A stretch of DNA of 63,480 nucleotides, filler included, from Olpidium bornovanus S191 (lineage: Eukaryota; Fungi; Olpidiomycota), in NCBI GenBank assembly GCA_017911155.1. It is 26 parts of 26 records of this genome, joined end to end, with 100 filler letters (N's around TTAATTAATTAA, not from the genome) between each part and the next. Parts side by side here need not be neighbours in the genome. Positions count along the whole stretch, not along the records: positions 10,391 to 13,893 come from JAEFCI010003848.1; positions 13,994 to 16,920 come from JAEFCI010001886.1; positions 17,021 to 18,192 come from JAEFCI010011718.1; positions 18,293 to 19,372 come from JAEFCI010003235.1; positions 19,473 to 21,936 come from JAEFCI010001093.1; positions 22,037 to 25,791 come from JAEFCI010009570.1; 20 more parts are not named here. The stretch is one strand, 5' to 3'. Below the pieces are notes generated by a model, which saw only the letters and a program-made list of their open reading frames with translations, was not told where the DNA came from and searched no databases. Both the position numbers and the translations under genes were made by a program. Positions 10,961 to 23,548 of the stretch are shown in pieces (the first letter of the stretch is position 1; each line of letters starts with the position of its first letter).

Positions 10961-12803
10961 TGAGGAGTCGTTTCACGCCAAAGGATAGTGTGATTTGCGA
11001 GCGCGCCGTGGGTCCCGCCCGGGGCCTTCACCCTCCCCTTCCCCCCCCTTCCCCCTTTCCCTCACACAAAATCTCCGGGTCTCCCCCTACTCCCCCGGAC
11101 CCCCACCTGCACAAACCGCCCGCCAACACACTCCGCGACGGAACTGCGGGAGACAAGAGAGAGGGAAGGGTTCAACCAACACGCGCATCCACCCGCGCGG
11201 GGCGACTTGATGAACGAGACAAGAGAAGGACGGAACCCGCGTGGGGTCTGCCAGGGCCCGCGTGGACGTCCGCATGGTACAGCGCGGCTTGGTGCGCAAG
11301 GACCTGACAGCGGCGTAAAGAGCGCAACTTGAACCCGTCCACAGTACAGATAGTTTGCGCCTTCTTTCGCAGTTTGAGATACTCAGAAGAAGGTCATTCT
11401 TTACTGAGATGCTTTATCGCACGATTGAGCCGCGCGCCGGCTCCCCATTTCTCGCAATGTGGCATAACGGCGGTTTGGAGGAGAATCCAGAAATTTTCAA
11501 AGTATAACCGATATTGCGTGGGTTGCCTCTGCACCCGGTTTTGTTACGGCAAGCCTGCCGCCCAGCAGATTTGACGGACACAGAGTCGTGCGCCGGAGCG
11601 TCTTTTTGCCGAGCCGGATGGCATACGTGCTTTTGACTGCCGTTTGTTCGTAGATCGTGATTTCTTCAGATTTCCCATCCCATCCCATACGGGAGACTGG
11701 GTCATAGCAGCTGCGCGTACCCGCAACGCACGCATAGATTAATCCCTTTCGTCTTCCCCGTAAGGCCGTACAAAAGGGCGTGGAGTAAATAACCTTGTTA
11801 GAATTGGATGTCCCTTTGTTTCTGGTTGTCATGTAGGCCTGCTTTCTGCGCTCGCGAGCCGGGAGCGAGCTTTCACAGGTTCAATCACGTGGCCATCAAG
11901 CAATCCGTTCCTCCTCCGCTCCCTGCCTCTTGTTGCTGTACGCGCTTTGGCTCGCTCCAGCGCAGCAGCAGCAGCAGCAGCCGCCCTTGCCCAAATCACC
12001 GCCCTCGCGCCGTATGGTAAAGTGCACAAGACTCAAACTGAACTACTTCCCCAACGGTCGGGGTTGCGCGTGGACTTCCCGGCTAGTTCCTGTTCGATTT
12101 GAGAGTTTTGCGTTTTGCGCCCGCCGTAGGGCGTTGTATTGTACATAGGATTTACGCGTTATGAGGGAAAAACATTTTGGGGTTCCGTTCAACCGGAGGT
12201 AGAAAAGGAAGTAGAAACAACAATTTAGCAGTTCCCGCGCGTCGGTCAACGTGCTAACTGATGTTTGGCTGCCGTGGCGGAAGGAAGCTGTTGGTGCGCC
12301 AAGCCAGATAACCCCTCTTGCCCCCCCCCCCCTCCCCCCCAATTGATCCACAGAGCCAGCCCAAGTTTAGACAGTATGAGTATTACGCGGGTTTCTTTCG
12401 TCTGTTCCCTTCTTTTCTCTTCATCTTTGGTGTCCGCGGCTGGTGATGTATTGCAATGCCAGGGTTACCTAGTATTTTATAGTGGAGTCGGGGTGGGGGC
12501 CGTTCGAGCAAAACATAACTGAGTATTAGGTTTAGGATAAACACGGACAAGGAAAAAGCCCCTGAATTATTTTCTTATTGTTATTGGTCTATTTTTGTGG
12601 GGTGATCTCGTTTGGGCTGAAAGGCCTTTTCAGGGTGGTATCAGTTTTTGGCGTGGCCCCCCGGCTACCTTGAAAGGGGGACTACCTCTTCCGGGGTGCC
12701 CCCCTTACCGGTCAACGGGGGGGTGTTCCACAACCCCCTTGTTTTCCAAACTTTCCGCGCTGCCCCTCCCCCCCTGCCCCCTCCTTCAACCCCCCTCAAC
12801 CAG

Positions 12804-12914
12804 TTCAACCCGAACCTCCCCCCCGCCTTGAACCCGAATCCCCCCCCCCTTCAACCCGAACCGCCCCCCCCTGTTGAACCCGAACTTTCCCCCCCCTCCC
12901 GCCCCTCTTGAACC
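12804..12914 (+). repeat. Minisatellite TT(C/G)AACCCGAA + C-run, 22-24-bp period, 4 full copies plus a partial
   Basis: Cores at 12804, 12828, 12850 and 12874; partial TTGAACC at 12908. Confidence 0.85.
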
Positions 12915-12969
12915 TTCCTCTCCAAATTTCCGAGCTGGTCCTTCCCCCCCCCCACACCCGTTCAACCCG

Positions 12970-13345
12970 CGCAAAAATATTCTCCCGTCGCAAAAAAAAA
13001 ATTTGCCTATCGCAAAAAAATGATTTGCCTGTCGCAAAAAAAGATTTGCCTGTCGCAAAAAAAAGATTTGCCTGTCGCAAAAAAGAAGATTCGCCCCTCA
13101 CAAAAAAAAAAAATTCGCCCTTGCAAAAAAAAGAAGATGCCGGCTTCTCGGCTCCTCAAACAAAGATGCGTCCATCAAACGAACGCAAAAAAAGGAAAGG
13201 AAGATTCGTACGTTGCAAAAAAAATAAGATTCGCACGTCGCAAAAAAAAAGAAGATTTGCACGCCGCAAAAAAAGAAGATTTGCACATTGTAAAAAAAAA
13301 ATTCGCTTGCAAAAAAAGGAAGATCCGCTCGTCGCAGAAAAATTT
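12970..13345 (+). repeat. A-tract minisatellite, consensus about GTCGCAAAAAAA(GA)AGATTTGCC, about 15 degenerate units
   Basis: (C/T)AAAA tract starts at 12972, 12991, 13013, 13035, 13056, 13078, 13101, 13124, then 13186, 13216, 13241, 13267, 13291, 13310 and 13335. Confidence 0.9.
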
Positions 13346-13625
13346 ATGCCAGGGTTACCCTGGTATTTTCCGCTAAAAACGTACCTGGGCAAAGTGAGCC
13401 GAAAAGGAAGTAGTAAAAATAGGCCAAAAAGAAATTCTATTCTTGCTCCTATTAGCCTCCCTGTGGGGGGCAGGCTGTGCATATTTCCGAAACCTAATTT
13501 TATTCTTGTTTCTACGGTGCACGACACTTAAAGCCAACCTACACCCCAAAATCGCGGCCAAATTCCAAAAAAAAAAAACGTTTTTCAAAAAAAAAGTCTC
13601 GGAAACGTCCTCAAACACGTCCAGC

Positions 13626-13893
13626 ATGGCTCCTCCTACAAAGCGTGCTAGACACCTTCAACGCGCTCGGAACGCAAAAAAAACGCGAAATGGTGGGCTA
13701 ATTACTTGCAATTCACCCTCCTTTCCCACCGTCGAAATGGAGGAGGAGGAGTTGGAGGAGGAGGAGGAGGAGGAGGATGAAGAGCATATCTTTTCTGCGG
13801 ACGAAGAGTACACCGGCGACGTGGAGGTGGACGCCCACAGCAGTGCACTTGAGCTTGGTGCTGTTGTGGAGAGGCTTGAGCTCCTGCCGGACG
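13626..13893 (+). CDS. N-terminal fragment of a hypothetical protein (basic start plus acidic tract), possibly a DNA-transposon ORF
   Basis: MAPPTKRARHLQRARNAKKTRN...EEEELEEEEEEEDEE is open to the contig end. It resembles N-termini of fungal DDE-transposase-like ORFs as recalled; no catalytic domain is visible. Confidence 0.35.
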
Positions 13894-16129
13894 NNNNNNN
13901 NNNNNNNNNNNNNNNNNNNNNNNNNNNNNNNNNNNNNTTAATTAATTAANNNNNNNNNNNNNNNNNNNNNNNNNNNNNNNNNNNNNNNNNNNNGGGGGGG
14001 GGGGGGGGGGGGGGGGCGGCCCGGCCCCCCCCGCCCGCGCCCGCCCGCGCCCTCAGAAGTAAACAAAGGAGCTGGCGGTGTTTACGTGTGTCCGCGTCGC
14101 TGCTTTGCCTCCAGCAGCAGCAGCGCCGACCCGCCCCGCAGAACCCCGCACAATAGTAATTGGCCAATAGTGAATAGTGATGGAATACCCTGCTGGGGAT
14201 CTGCGGACGAAGGTCGTACGCGCAGTCCGCCTACAAATTACATTGACCGGTGCTGGCGTGTCACGTAATCTACACCGAAAAACGAAGACGTATGGCTCCC
14301 GCGCAAATGAAAGCGAGGTTGGAGAGTTCCGCCAACATTACGGCGCTTCTCAGGGAACGCCGTCTTTCTTTCCTTCGGCCGGCACATGGGTGGCATCGTG
14401 GCCGCTCCCGCACACCCCACTCCAGAACTGCCCGGGGGAAAAGCGTGTGTGTGAACGTGGGCCAGGAGGCAACAAAATCAGACGCGAGACCGAGAGAGGT
14501 GGCCCAGCGGTGAGACGCTGGCCAAGGCGACCGGACGGTCGTCCGCAAAGACGGTCGAGGAGTTCCACAACATACTCATGTTTTAAATTCGTTCCCGCCT
14601 GCTGTCCGGGCACGACGCCGACGTCGAGTCTTCCAGCGCTGCCCGATGGGAGCATCAACTCCACTTTATTCCATCACCCACCTTCGCGGATGGGCGCCGT
14701 CGGCTGAACCTGACGCACAATTGCGGGCAGACTGCGGCCGCGCCCGACACTGCCGACGGCTTCCTCTGAACCCTTTTCCGCGCCGGTCACTGCCACTGCA
14801 AAGCTCATCCCATCTCGACGAGGAGGACCGGCGTCTGACCGAGGCCAGGTGCTGGGCCCTGCCGCCGGCAGCGTCCCTCCTCCGTTCGAGGCATCGGGAA
14901 TTCCGACCCTGGAATCGAAAATAGAGGAAGACCGCAGTACTGATCTCGAGCACGTTTCCAGTTGGCCAAGATTGGTATAGCCTTCAGGACGGAAGCACAA
15001 AACGTTGGCCTGTCCCCGAAGGATGACAAAGCCCCTTCTCTGGCTTAGCGTGCGCGGATTGATCGGGATGTTCTGTTGCGTTCCACTGTAGTGTATTGCG
15101 CGGACGCGCCACGCAATCGGCAGTTGCTCCTCAACCTCTGCACAACTTTCGGCTTGACAGGAGTTTCGTTCAGAAACTTTTCGAGACCGCGCCGCCGTGC
15201 AACAATGCCTGGATGTGGTGGCACCAGGACTTTTTGGGTGCGTCATATCCAGGATTTTCCCAGGTCGCTGCGTCACAACGGGGGGTTTTGGGGTGGGTAA
15301 GTGGGCGGGCGTGGCGGGCGGGCGGAGGTTCCCCGGGTTGCGCCGGAGCGGAGTCCTTTGCGCCGTGCGAGGAAACGTGACTCGGGCGAGAGCGGGAACG
15401 GCAATACCACTCCGAAACACACCCCGCGCCCGTCAGCGCACATGGCCGCGCCAAACCCTGCCGCCGTCTCCGGCGCTTCCCCGCAGCGGAGGCTGGACTT
15501 GGGAAGGGTAAGGCTTCCTCGCGGGAGGCGATCGCAAGGACGGAATCACGCAAGGATCCAAAAAGACCGCGGTGTGGGACGGGGCGGGCTTGGGAGTTCC
15601 AACGTGACGAAGGAGGAGACCGAAGACCCGGGTCCTCGCGGAAAGCAGAAGGAAGGGCCGCGAATTGCAAAGCCCGACGGATGAGGAGGGAACGGAGGGG
15701 GGGGGGGGGAAAGGGGAGCTCCCGAGTGTTTAAAGAACGGAAGGCCCGTCGCCGACGTTGTGACGACAAGCACCCCGCTCTGCCGGCCGACGGGGTGCTT
15801 TAGGAGCTCCGAACTCTGCGGCGCGGTTTGGGACGGTAGGGCCTGCGATCGCGGGCCGCCAGAAGTAGCCGAACGCGCCCGGACGTGGACGAGCCGAACT
15901 GCCGGTCTTGCGGAAGCCGAACGCGGGCCAGCGGAAAGGGCAAAACTGTCGAAAGCCGTCGGCACCCCGCCCCCCCCCCCAGGTTTTCGCAGCGGTATTT
16001 TTTTCACCCCGACGCGGCCGTGAGGCCGGGGCGGGCGGCAGGGGAGAATCAGCACGAAGTGACCGACGCAGCGAGTTCCCTCCTGTTCTCGATCCCTTTG
16101 TTTCGCGTTCTCGCGGCTGTCGCTCGTTT

Positions 16130-16898
16130 CATAAGCGTTATCAGGTTTTTCTAGACCGAGTCACGCCCCACACGGCGCCACGGTGGATGGCCACCCTGGT
16201 GCTGTTGATAGGTTTCTGCGCGAGGATATTATATATCCGAGGTAAGGGGTACAACGAGGACGACGAAACGAACTACTTGACGGACGGTTAATATTTCTGC
16301 ACGTTTTCCGGTCCGCCGCGGTCATCAAAACGCGTAGCCTTCTACATCGTCGCGTACGCGTACTTCATCTACGCTCTGAACCTCTTCCTTGCGTTCCTTA
16401 CACCGCGATTCGACCCCGCGGCACAGGCGTCGGAACTTAGCACGACGGGCAAGTCCGAGAGCGGCGGCGACACGGCCATCCTACCTGTGAAGGGCGACGA
16501 CGAGTTCCGGCCGTTTGTGCGGAGGCTACCGGAGTTTAAATTTTGGTGGGGTCGGACGGGAGTTTGGCTTCTCTTCGAATATCCGAAAATAATACCGATC
16601 GGGGTGCCAAGCGTTAGTCCATCCACCGGGTCCTGCTTGACAGAAGTTTTTGCCGCCCCCGTCACCGTTGTTCGCACCGAACAGGCTTTCTGCGACCAAG
16701 GCCACCCTGATCGCCTCCATCTGCCCGCTCATCCCGCCGCTGAACGTGCCGGTATTCTGGCCGATCCTGGTCGTCTACTTCGCCATTCTCTTCATGCTGA
16801 CCATGAAGCGGCAAATCAAGCATATGATTAAGTATAAGTACGTGCCGTTTGACTTCGGCAAGAAGAAATACCCCCCCTCGGCAAAGTCCAGTCGATGA
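16130..16898 (+). CDS. RER1: Rer1 ER-retrieval receptor (3 exons recognised; start codon lies upstream, not resolved)
   Basis: HKRYQVFLDRVTPHTAPRW...; FYIVAYAYFIYALNLFLAFLTPRFDP...DDEFRPFVRRLPEFKFW; VPVFWPILVVYFAILFMLTMKRQIKHMIKYKYVPFDFGKKKY. TGA at 16896-16898. Confidence 0.96.
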
Positions 16899-17020
16899 CG
16901 CCCACCTCCAGGAATGTAGANNNNNNNNNNNNNNNNNNNNNNNNNNNNNNNNNNNNNNNNNNNNTTAATTAATTAANNNNNNNNNNNNNNNNNNNNNNNN
17001 NNNNNNNNNNNNNNNNNNNN

Positions 17021-17056
<36 letters not shown>

Positions 17057-17086
17057 AGTGTCGGTGATAGGAAAGGTCGACCGTAC

Positions 17087-17946
17087 CTCATAAGAGTCTC
17101 GTTGGAAATTACGGCGACAATCTGCGAAGCGAGGCTCTTGTCCATCAGGCCAACCTGGATCCAACACCTGACCTTCGCCGGGGGGGAGACGGCCATGTTG
17201 TTCACCGTGGCGAGGCCGGCAGACGCGAGGTCGAGCTGCTCGACGACGCAGTCCCAGAAGGTCCTGGCCTTGGCAAACAGGCTCCTCTTCGCCCTGACGC
17301 CGTACCGGAAGGTGAAGTCCAGGAGGTCGACCAGGCACCTGATCTCCGGGTCGGACTCGGCGAGCGGAACGCCTCCCGCGAGAAACTTTGACACGACGAC
17401 GTGGACGAGGCCCGAGACGACGTCGACGAGGTCGGCGCGGAGCCGCTGCGCGCGGTGCAGGAACTCGAGGACGGAATGCAGGCGCGCGGGCGCGAGGTTC
17501 TGGAACAGGCCGCGGGCGCTGCCGGTACGGAGCATCTGCTGGACGTCGGCGTCGTAGGCCCGGATCAGGCCCAGGGCGTCGCGCATGCGGGCGAACGCGT
17601 TCGCGTCGTCGCCGCCGCCGCCGCCTCCGACTGCTCCCCCGGCCGCCGCCCGTCCTTTTCCTTGAAACGCGGACTGCGGGCTTCCCGAAGCGCTCCCTGG
17701 GCTGCTTCCCAGGTTCGCCGTCGTGGTCACATGCCTCGCGCCGGCGGCGGCAGGCGGCGTGGATGCCGCGGAGGGCGGAGACGGCGCCGCGGCGAAGATC
17801 CGCGCCACGAGGCTGCCGGTGGCGGGGCCGCCAAAGGCCAAAGTTAGGGGGGGCGCCGCCGCCGCCGAAGCGGGGCTCTCCAGAAAGTCGCTGCTGCGGC
17901 GTCCGTCGCTGGCATCGCCGTCATCTCCTGCCGGGGGCGAGTCCAT
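17087..17946 (-). CDS. RUN-domain protein, first exon
   Basis: The ATG at 17946 begins a low-complexity leader, followed by RUN-like blocks: IRCLVDLLDFTFRYGVRAKRSLFAKARTFWDCV and AKVRCWIQVGLMDKSLASQIVAVISN. GT donor at 17086. Confidence 0.7.
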
Positions 17947-17989
17947 AGCGGAAAGGGTGGGGGACGAGGGGATTTTTTCGTAATTTTCT

Positions 17990-18038
<49 letters not shown>

Positions 18039-18292
18039 CCCCCCCCCGGGGGGGGGGGGGGGTGGGGGGGGGGTGGGTGGAGACGTTCTGTGTGATGACT
18101 ACAGTTCCGCCTTCGTTTGCAAGGCTGCTTTTTTTACATTCCCGTGGCGGAGCACAACCGCCCGGGTAAAATGATGGTGAAAATGAATCTACNNNNNNNN
18201 NNNNNNNNNNNNNNNNNNNNNNNNNNNNNNNNNNNNTTAATTAATTAANNNNNNNNNNNNNNNNNNNNNNNNNNNNNNNNNNNNNNNNNNNN

Positions 18293-18368
<76 letters not shown>
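18293..18368 (+). repeat. (CT)n microsatellite at contig start
   Basis: Perfect CT run directly after the spacer. Confidence 0.95.
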
Positions 18369-18372
<4 letters not shown>

Positions 18373-18719
18373 ATCTTTCTCTTTTTGCTCCCTTTTTTTT
18401 TCTTCTTCTTCTCGTGCGTCGCACCCGTCTGGAACGCGCGCGAGGCGTGGGTCCTTCCCCTTCTTGCCCCTCTCCGCCTTGAACGACAGACGCGGACCTC
18501 TGACGACGGGGAAACGCGGAAAGGAAGCGGTGCGGTGAAGTCCCCTGTCGCTGACAAAAGAGACAAAAAAAGGGGGGCACGCAGTTGGCGCCGCAGCTGT
18601 CGCCGCCGGGCGTCGCGCGGGAGAAAGAAAAGCGGCCGGCGCCGCCCCGGCTCTCTTCCGCCCGGAACGATCGATCTCGTCCCCCTTCGCCCACCACTCC
18701 CCCCCCCCCCCCCCCCCCC

Positions 18720-18753
<34 letters not shown>

Positions 18754-19328
18754 TCACCCTCCCTTTCTCCCTTTCCTTTCTTTCGTCCCGGCCGCGTTCG
18801 CGACGACGACGGAAAGACCGGGAGGGAAATAGAGGAAGAGAAGGAGCGCGAGGTCCTCCTGGCCGACGTCGCGGGGTGAGATCTCGCTGCATTGATCTCG
18901 GCCGGGGCCGAAAACTCTCGACCGCCGGGTCCGTCCTCGCCGGGTCCGGGGAAGTTCTCTGACTCTTCCTCTTTCTCTCTCTTTCGTTCCCTCTGTCGCT
19001 TCCAACGCGCGCGCCTGTTGGCAGAGTTGGTCTGCTCTGGCAGGGGTCACGTGACCGGCACATACTGTGGGAGGGTTTCCCCCCTTCTTTCCCCCTGCCC
19101 CCCCTTCCCCCCCCCCGAGGGGCGCTAAAAAAAAAACTGACCCGCCGCCCCGTTTTTTCGCCCCCTCACTCCCACCCCCCGAGTGCGAAACCGAAGGGGG
19201 GGGGTTAAGCTCAAAAAAAAAAAAAAAAATTCATGCGGGGGGCAACACGCGCATGAAAAAAGAAAACGGGCGGCAAAAACCGGGTTGCGCCCTTCGGACG
19301 CCTTCTCGGAAAGACAACGCAAACCCTG

Positions 19329-19372
19329 CGCTCCACCGAGGACTCGAACCCCGGCTTCGTCACTTCAAGGGC
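19329..19372 (-). tRNA. 3' half of a tRNA gene cut by the contig end; isotype unresolved
   Basis: The minus strand reads GCCCTTGAA-GTGAC-GAAGC-CGGGG-TTCGAGT-CCTCG-GTGGAGC-G: anticodon-stem 3' strand, short variable loop, T-arm with B-box GGTTCGAGTCC, acceptor strand. The 5' half is missing. Confidence 0.8.
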
Positions 19373-22300
19373 NNNNNNNNNNNNNNNNNNNNNNNNNNNN
19401 NNNNNNNNNNNNNNNNTTAATTAATTAANNNNNNNNNNNNNNNNNNNNNNNNNNNNNNNNNNNNNNNNNNNNCATGCTAAAAGCAAAACTGTTGACTTCG
19501 TAACACGCAGATCGCCCGCCGGCGCGATCATCGGTGCGGCCCACGTCGATTACGCCATCGACGCATCCGTTGACACGTCCATCGATGCGACCGTCCTCCC
19601 ATTCCATCAACGCTCCCAGTCGATTCGTCCTAACTTTCCCCCACATCCGCCCGCAGGTTTTGCCTCCGCCTCCAAGTCTCGCCTTAACAAAGATGTCGCG
19701 GCGGAGCAAAAATGTCCTTCCTTCCATACCGGCCGATCTTAGCGCGGCGTCGATGCGATCGCCAACTCTTGCTTTGCCCTCGGCATTTATGTCGACGTCT
19801 ATCGCGATGATGCTTGCGGTCGTACCGCTCGGTGAATCCATCGATCGCGCTCGCCCTTTCCTTGTATCTCCTAAAACACATTCAATCCATATATTTTATA
19901 TGTTATTTTGGTTATTGTTTAAATGTAATTAGTCAGTACTAACGATTTTCGATCATCCTTAACGAGCATTATGTTTCTACTCCTTTCGCCAACAATTCCG
20001 TCCCGTCGCCGACGCCACCGTCTGCCAGACACTCGCTTGTCCGCATTCAATCGACCTGTCCCGTGGCTCGAAGAGAGGCGCTGTGGACCAACATTCGGAC
20101 TGGTGGCGTCGATGCGATGGAAGATGGTGGCATTGACGGAGAGGTCGACGCACGCTGGAACATATTGGTATGCATTTAACCTCAGCCGGATTCAAAAAGT
20201 GAAGAAAGGAAAGTTCCCAATGTCGATGACACTCTCGTCCGAAATGTCAGACCTCAGTCGGTCCTGCATAGACAGAGATGAGATCATTGCCCAGGGTGCA
20301 CCACGTGGAGGTGTTTGACAGGCTCCCCTTTTTTCCCTAGGTAAAAAAATGCCCACGAGGTAAACCCGTCTCAGAGTTAACGGGTAAATTGCGGGGTTTG
20401 GGTTGTTTGTCGAGTGACTACCAAAAATTTTGTTGCAAAAATGCCAGAGGAGCACTTGTGGGCCCTTCCCCCTCGGATATTTGAGCGCAGGGCTTCAAAT
20501 GGATTACCACAGTGTCGAGGGGAGACACTTTGGGAAGGGCAGGTCAGCTGGGCGATCAATGTGCAAAGTCACCCAGCCTACCACCATTGACTCTAGAGCG
20601 ACCCTTACAGGCGTGCGTCACCGGGTTCTATACTGGTCTGATCCTGCCAAGCTAGCGCTTGACAAAGGCCTCCGGCATCTAACCTGACAGAAATTGGCCT
20701 GCAGGGGTTGGACTTCGCGGGCTCGCCCCTCCAGGATTTATCCCGAAGGAGAGTCAATCGAGTAGCATTTCAGTGGAAAAGTGTCTGCACTGCGACGAAG
20801 CGCAGCGTGCCAACCTCAAACCAGGCGGGGCAGACGAAGCACTCGGGCCGGACGTCCCCCCATCCGGAGCTGAAAAGGGCGGATGTGCTCCTCGGGCGAG
20901 AGACAACAGAAGGAAAGCAAAAACGACTGAAAGGGGAAGAATGAAAGCAGACGCTGGCCTCGTTCATGTCAAAGTCGAGCGCACGTTACACTGGCGTGAC
21001 GAACCTTCCTTGAGCAGCGTATAGGGAAGGCTGGTGTGTGTGCGATCTGGGGTCAGCGTGTAAGGAGAGGTGGAGCGAAAAACCCCCTCACTCCACGTAA
21101 ATTCCGCCGCCCCTGGAAAGAGCCAGAGAAAGGGGGGGAAAAGCAGACGCTGACCCCGTTCGCGTCAAAGTTGGGGCGCACGTCACGTATGGTTGGGCGG
21201 TAGGGGGGGAGCGTGAACGAAGAGGTGAGGGACGCGCCTTCCGAGACGCCGTGTAAATCTGTTTGCTGATCTTCCACCGCGATCGTGACGCGTTTTACTT
21301 CCGCCACAAAAGTATCCGGTTGGTTTGACTGCAGTTGGGCCGGGAGAAGGAAAGTGGGGTTTCCGCGGAAGCAGACGTGAATCGCTCACGGCAGAGACGA
21401 GGTGTTTATTTTTTAAAAGGTGTTGCTTTCACGGCTTTGCGGCAAACGTGCCCGGTTTGGTTGGCTGCTGTTGGGCGGGGCCAGCGGGTGCGGGAGGAGG
21501 AGGTGGGCGGGGGTTCCGCGGTAGCGGGTGTGCGAGCTCAGGGCAGGGGACGAGAAGAAGCAAGGGTTTTTTCCCTTTCCTCGCGGGTCTTCTGGTTGGG
21601 GTTCGGCACGGGCGCCGGCCGGCGGAACCTCGCACCCCCGCCCGGCCCCTTCCTTTTTCCGTTCCTGTTCCTTTTCTTTTCATGTCGGCCGCCGTGTACG
21701 CATAAACGACACCCCACACCGAAAAGCCCTCTTTCGCGAATGTGGCAAGGAGTGGAAGGAGAACGACTTCGGCTCGGTGTATAAAAGGTAGGGTTTTTTT
21801 GGAACGACGCAGCTGCCTGCGCTAAAACGGCCGGCCGGAATGGGCAGTACTTCAAAACAGCCGTGCTCTACGAAGGACGTATCACATCGTGTGCTGACGA
21901 GATTGGATGACGACATTGAAAGGGGGTGGGGGGGGGNNNNNNNNNNNNNNNNNNNNNNNNNNNNNNNNNNNNNNNNNNNNTTAATTAATTAANNNNNNNN
22001 NNNNNNNNNNNNNNNNNNNNNNNNNNNNNNNNNNNNCATGACAGCTCGGCAGGCGCAGCAGAAAACAACATCTCTCAATCTGTGCAGCAGCCAAAGCGTC
22101 CCCAACATCGCGCCAAGGATAAGATCGATACCTCTAATTGGAAAAAGGCATCGGGGAACGGCATTGTTGCCGATTGAGGAGGGGGGTTAGGAGTGAGGGC
22201 CTCGCAAGGCTAGCACCTTGGAGGTGAAGATATTGGGAGCGGGATGCGATTCCGCAGATCTTGAGGGGCATCACTGCTGGTTAATGCCAACTCAACGGCA

Positions 22301-23457
22301 GACGCCCGGATACTGGTTGTTTGAAGTTTGCTTTGCAGTCAAAGGTGGGGTTCACACTGCAGCTTCAATGATCACGTGCACAAAAGAAAGGGGACGAGGG
22401 GCCGCTCAGTCAGGGCACGCGGTTTCGTCTGTTCCAAAGGAGCCGTCACCTTGGTTCTTTCGGAGGGCCATACACGTCTGCGGATTCGGGGAGTTTCTAG
22501 GCGAGTAAAATGATCGTGCAAAAAGCGATTCCTCTGACAAGCGGCGACGCTTCCCCGGACGATGGGGATGGTTTTCTTTGTATTGCGTGGTTCGTGCCTC
22601 TTGGCTACCCTCTATTTCGCGGTCCCTCGCCCCCCACCGTCTCGTTATGCCTGCGCAATTTCGGAGGAGACAAGGGGGATCTATTCCGGCGATACGCGCA
22701 TTGGCTCTTTGATACGCCCATCAATACGATCACTTTACCGCGCCGTCGACCCCACGACCGGCGCGGTTGTTGGTCCCTCCATTGACGGAGCATTCTCGTC
22801 TCCGCATCGACGCCTATCAGTCGACTCGCCCGGACTTGGGGGCTGCACACCGTGCGAGTGCTCGATCCTCCCGCGTCGCGGCCCTTGGCCCATTTTACGA
22901 AGACCCTCGGCGGTCATTTTGCCTTGTGATGCATTTCCCTTATCCCGCCCACTCCGGTTTCCGGGTTTGGCAGGTCGGACCCGCGGTGCCCAAGCAGCGT
23001 CCGACTTTTTGTGCTTTTTCAGGACGGGGTTCGACGGGAGGCGAGATTCGACGCAGAAAAAGGGCCCGGAGTTTGGAAATTCCCCACCCGGCAATGAGTT
23101 TTTTCGACTTTTGTTTTGCTTTTTTTGTTTTCCCCCCGCCGTTTGCTCGCCGCCGCCCCCCCCCACCCCCCGCCTTCCTTCCCCCGGGGCCTCACGCGCC
23201 TCGCCTCCGTCCGCAACGGGGGACCTTCCCCCACCCCCCCCCGCACACCCCCGCCCCCTTCCCTCGCTCGCGCGGGCTGCCCGCCGTCTGCGCTTGCGCG
23301 TCCCTCCGCCCGGCCGCCCCCCGCCCCTTTGCGCCGGTGCGCCCCGGGGGGGGGGGGAAAGGGGCGCGCGGGGGCGGCGGAACGGGGCCCGGGTCCCCAT
23401 CCATCCTCCCTCCCTCCTCCCCCCGTCGTCCTCCCGGAGCCCGACTCCCCCTCCACT

Positions 23458-23548
23458 GCGTCTTGGGCAGCCCCCTGCGCAGTCTTGGGCAGCCCCGTGC
23501 GCAGTCTTGGGCAGCCCCGTCCGCAGTCTTGGGCAGCCCCGTGCGCAG
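23458..23548 (+). repeat. 22-bp GC-rich tandem repeat GCGCAGTCTTGGGCAGCCCCGT, 4 copies
   Basis: TCTTGGGCAGCCCC occurs at 23461, 23483, 23505 and 23527. Confidence 0.95.

Noticed and set aside
11000-12500. Short ORFs downstream of SmB (for example 11497-11832 minus)
   Set aside because: Possibly exons of a convergent gene, but no recognisable motif or consistent splice model.
12970-13345. A-tract array as a CRISPR array, or as the Lys-rich ORFs 12908-13531 and 13020-13376
   Set aside because: No unique spacers, no cas genes, eukaryotic context; the Lys/Phe-rich ORFs are translations of the repeat.
13994-15900. Coding-looking fragments upstream of RER1
   Set aside because: No family recognised on either strand; cannot build a supported gene model.
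19329-19372. Assigning the truncated tRNA as Gln(TTG) or Ser(TGA)
   Set aside because: The loop would lack the invariant U33 for TTG, and there is no long variable arm for Ser. The visible bases may be intron, and the 5' half is missing.
19473-21936. Contig with several 70-140-codon ORFs and weak 12-bp repeats near 19550-19600
   Set aside because: No conserved motif identified; may be decayed TE or exons, but unsupported.
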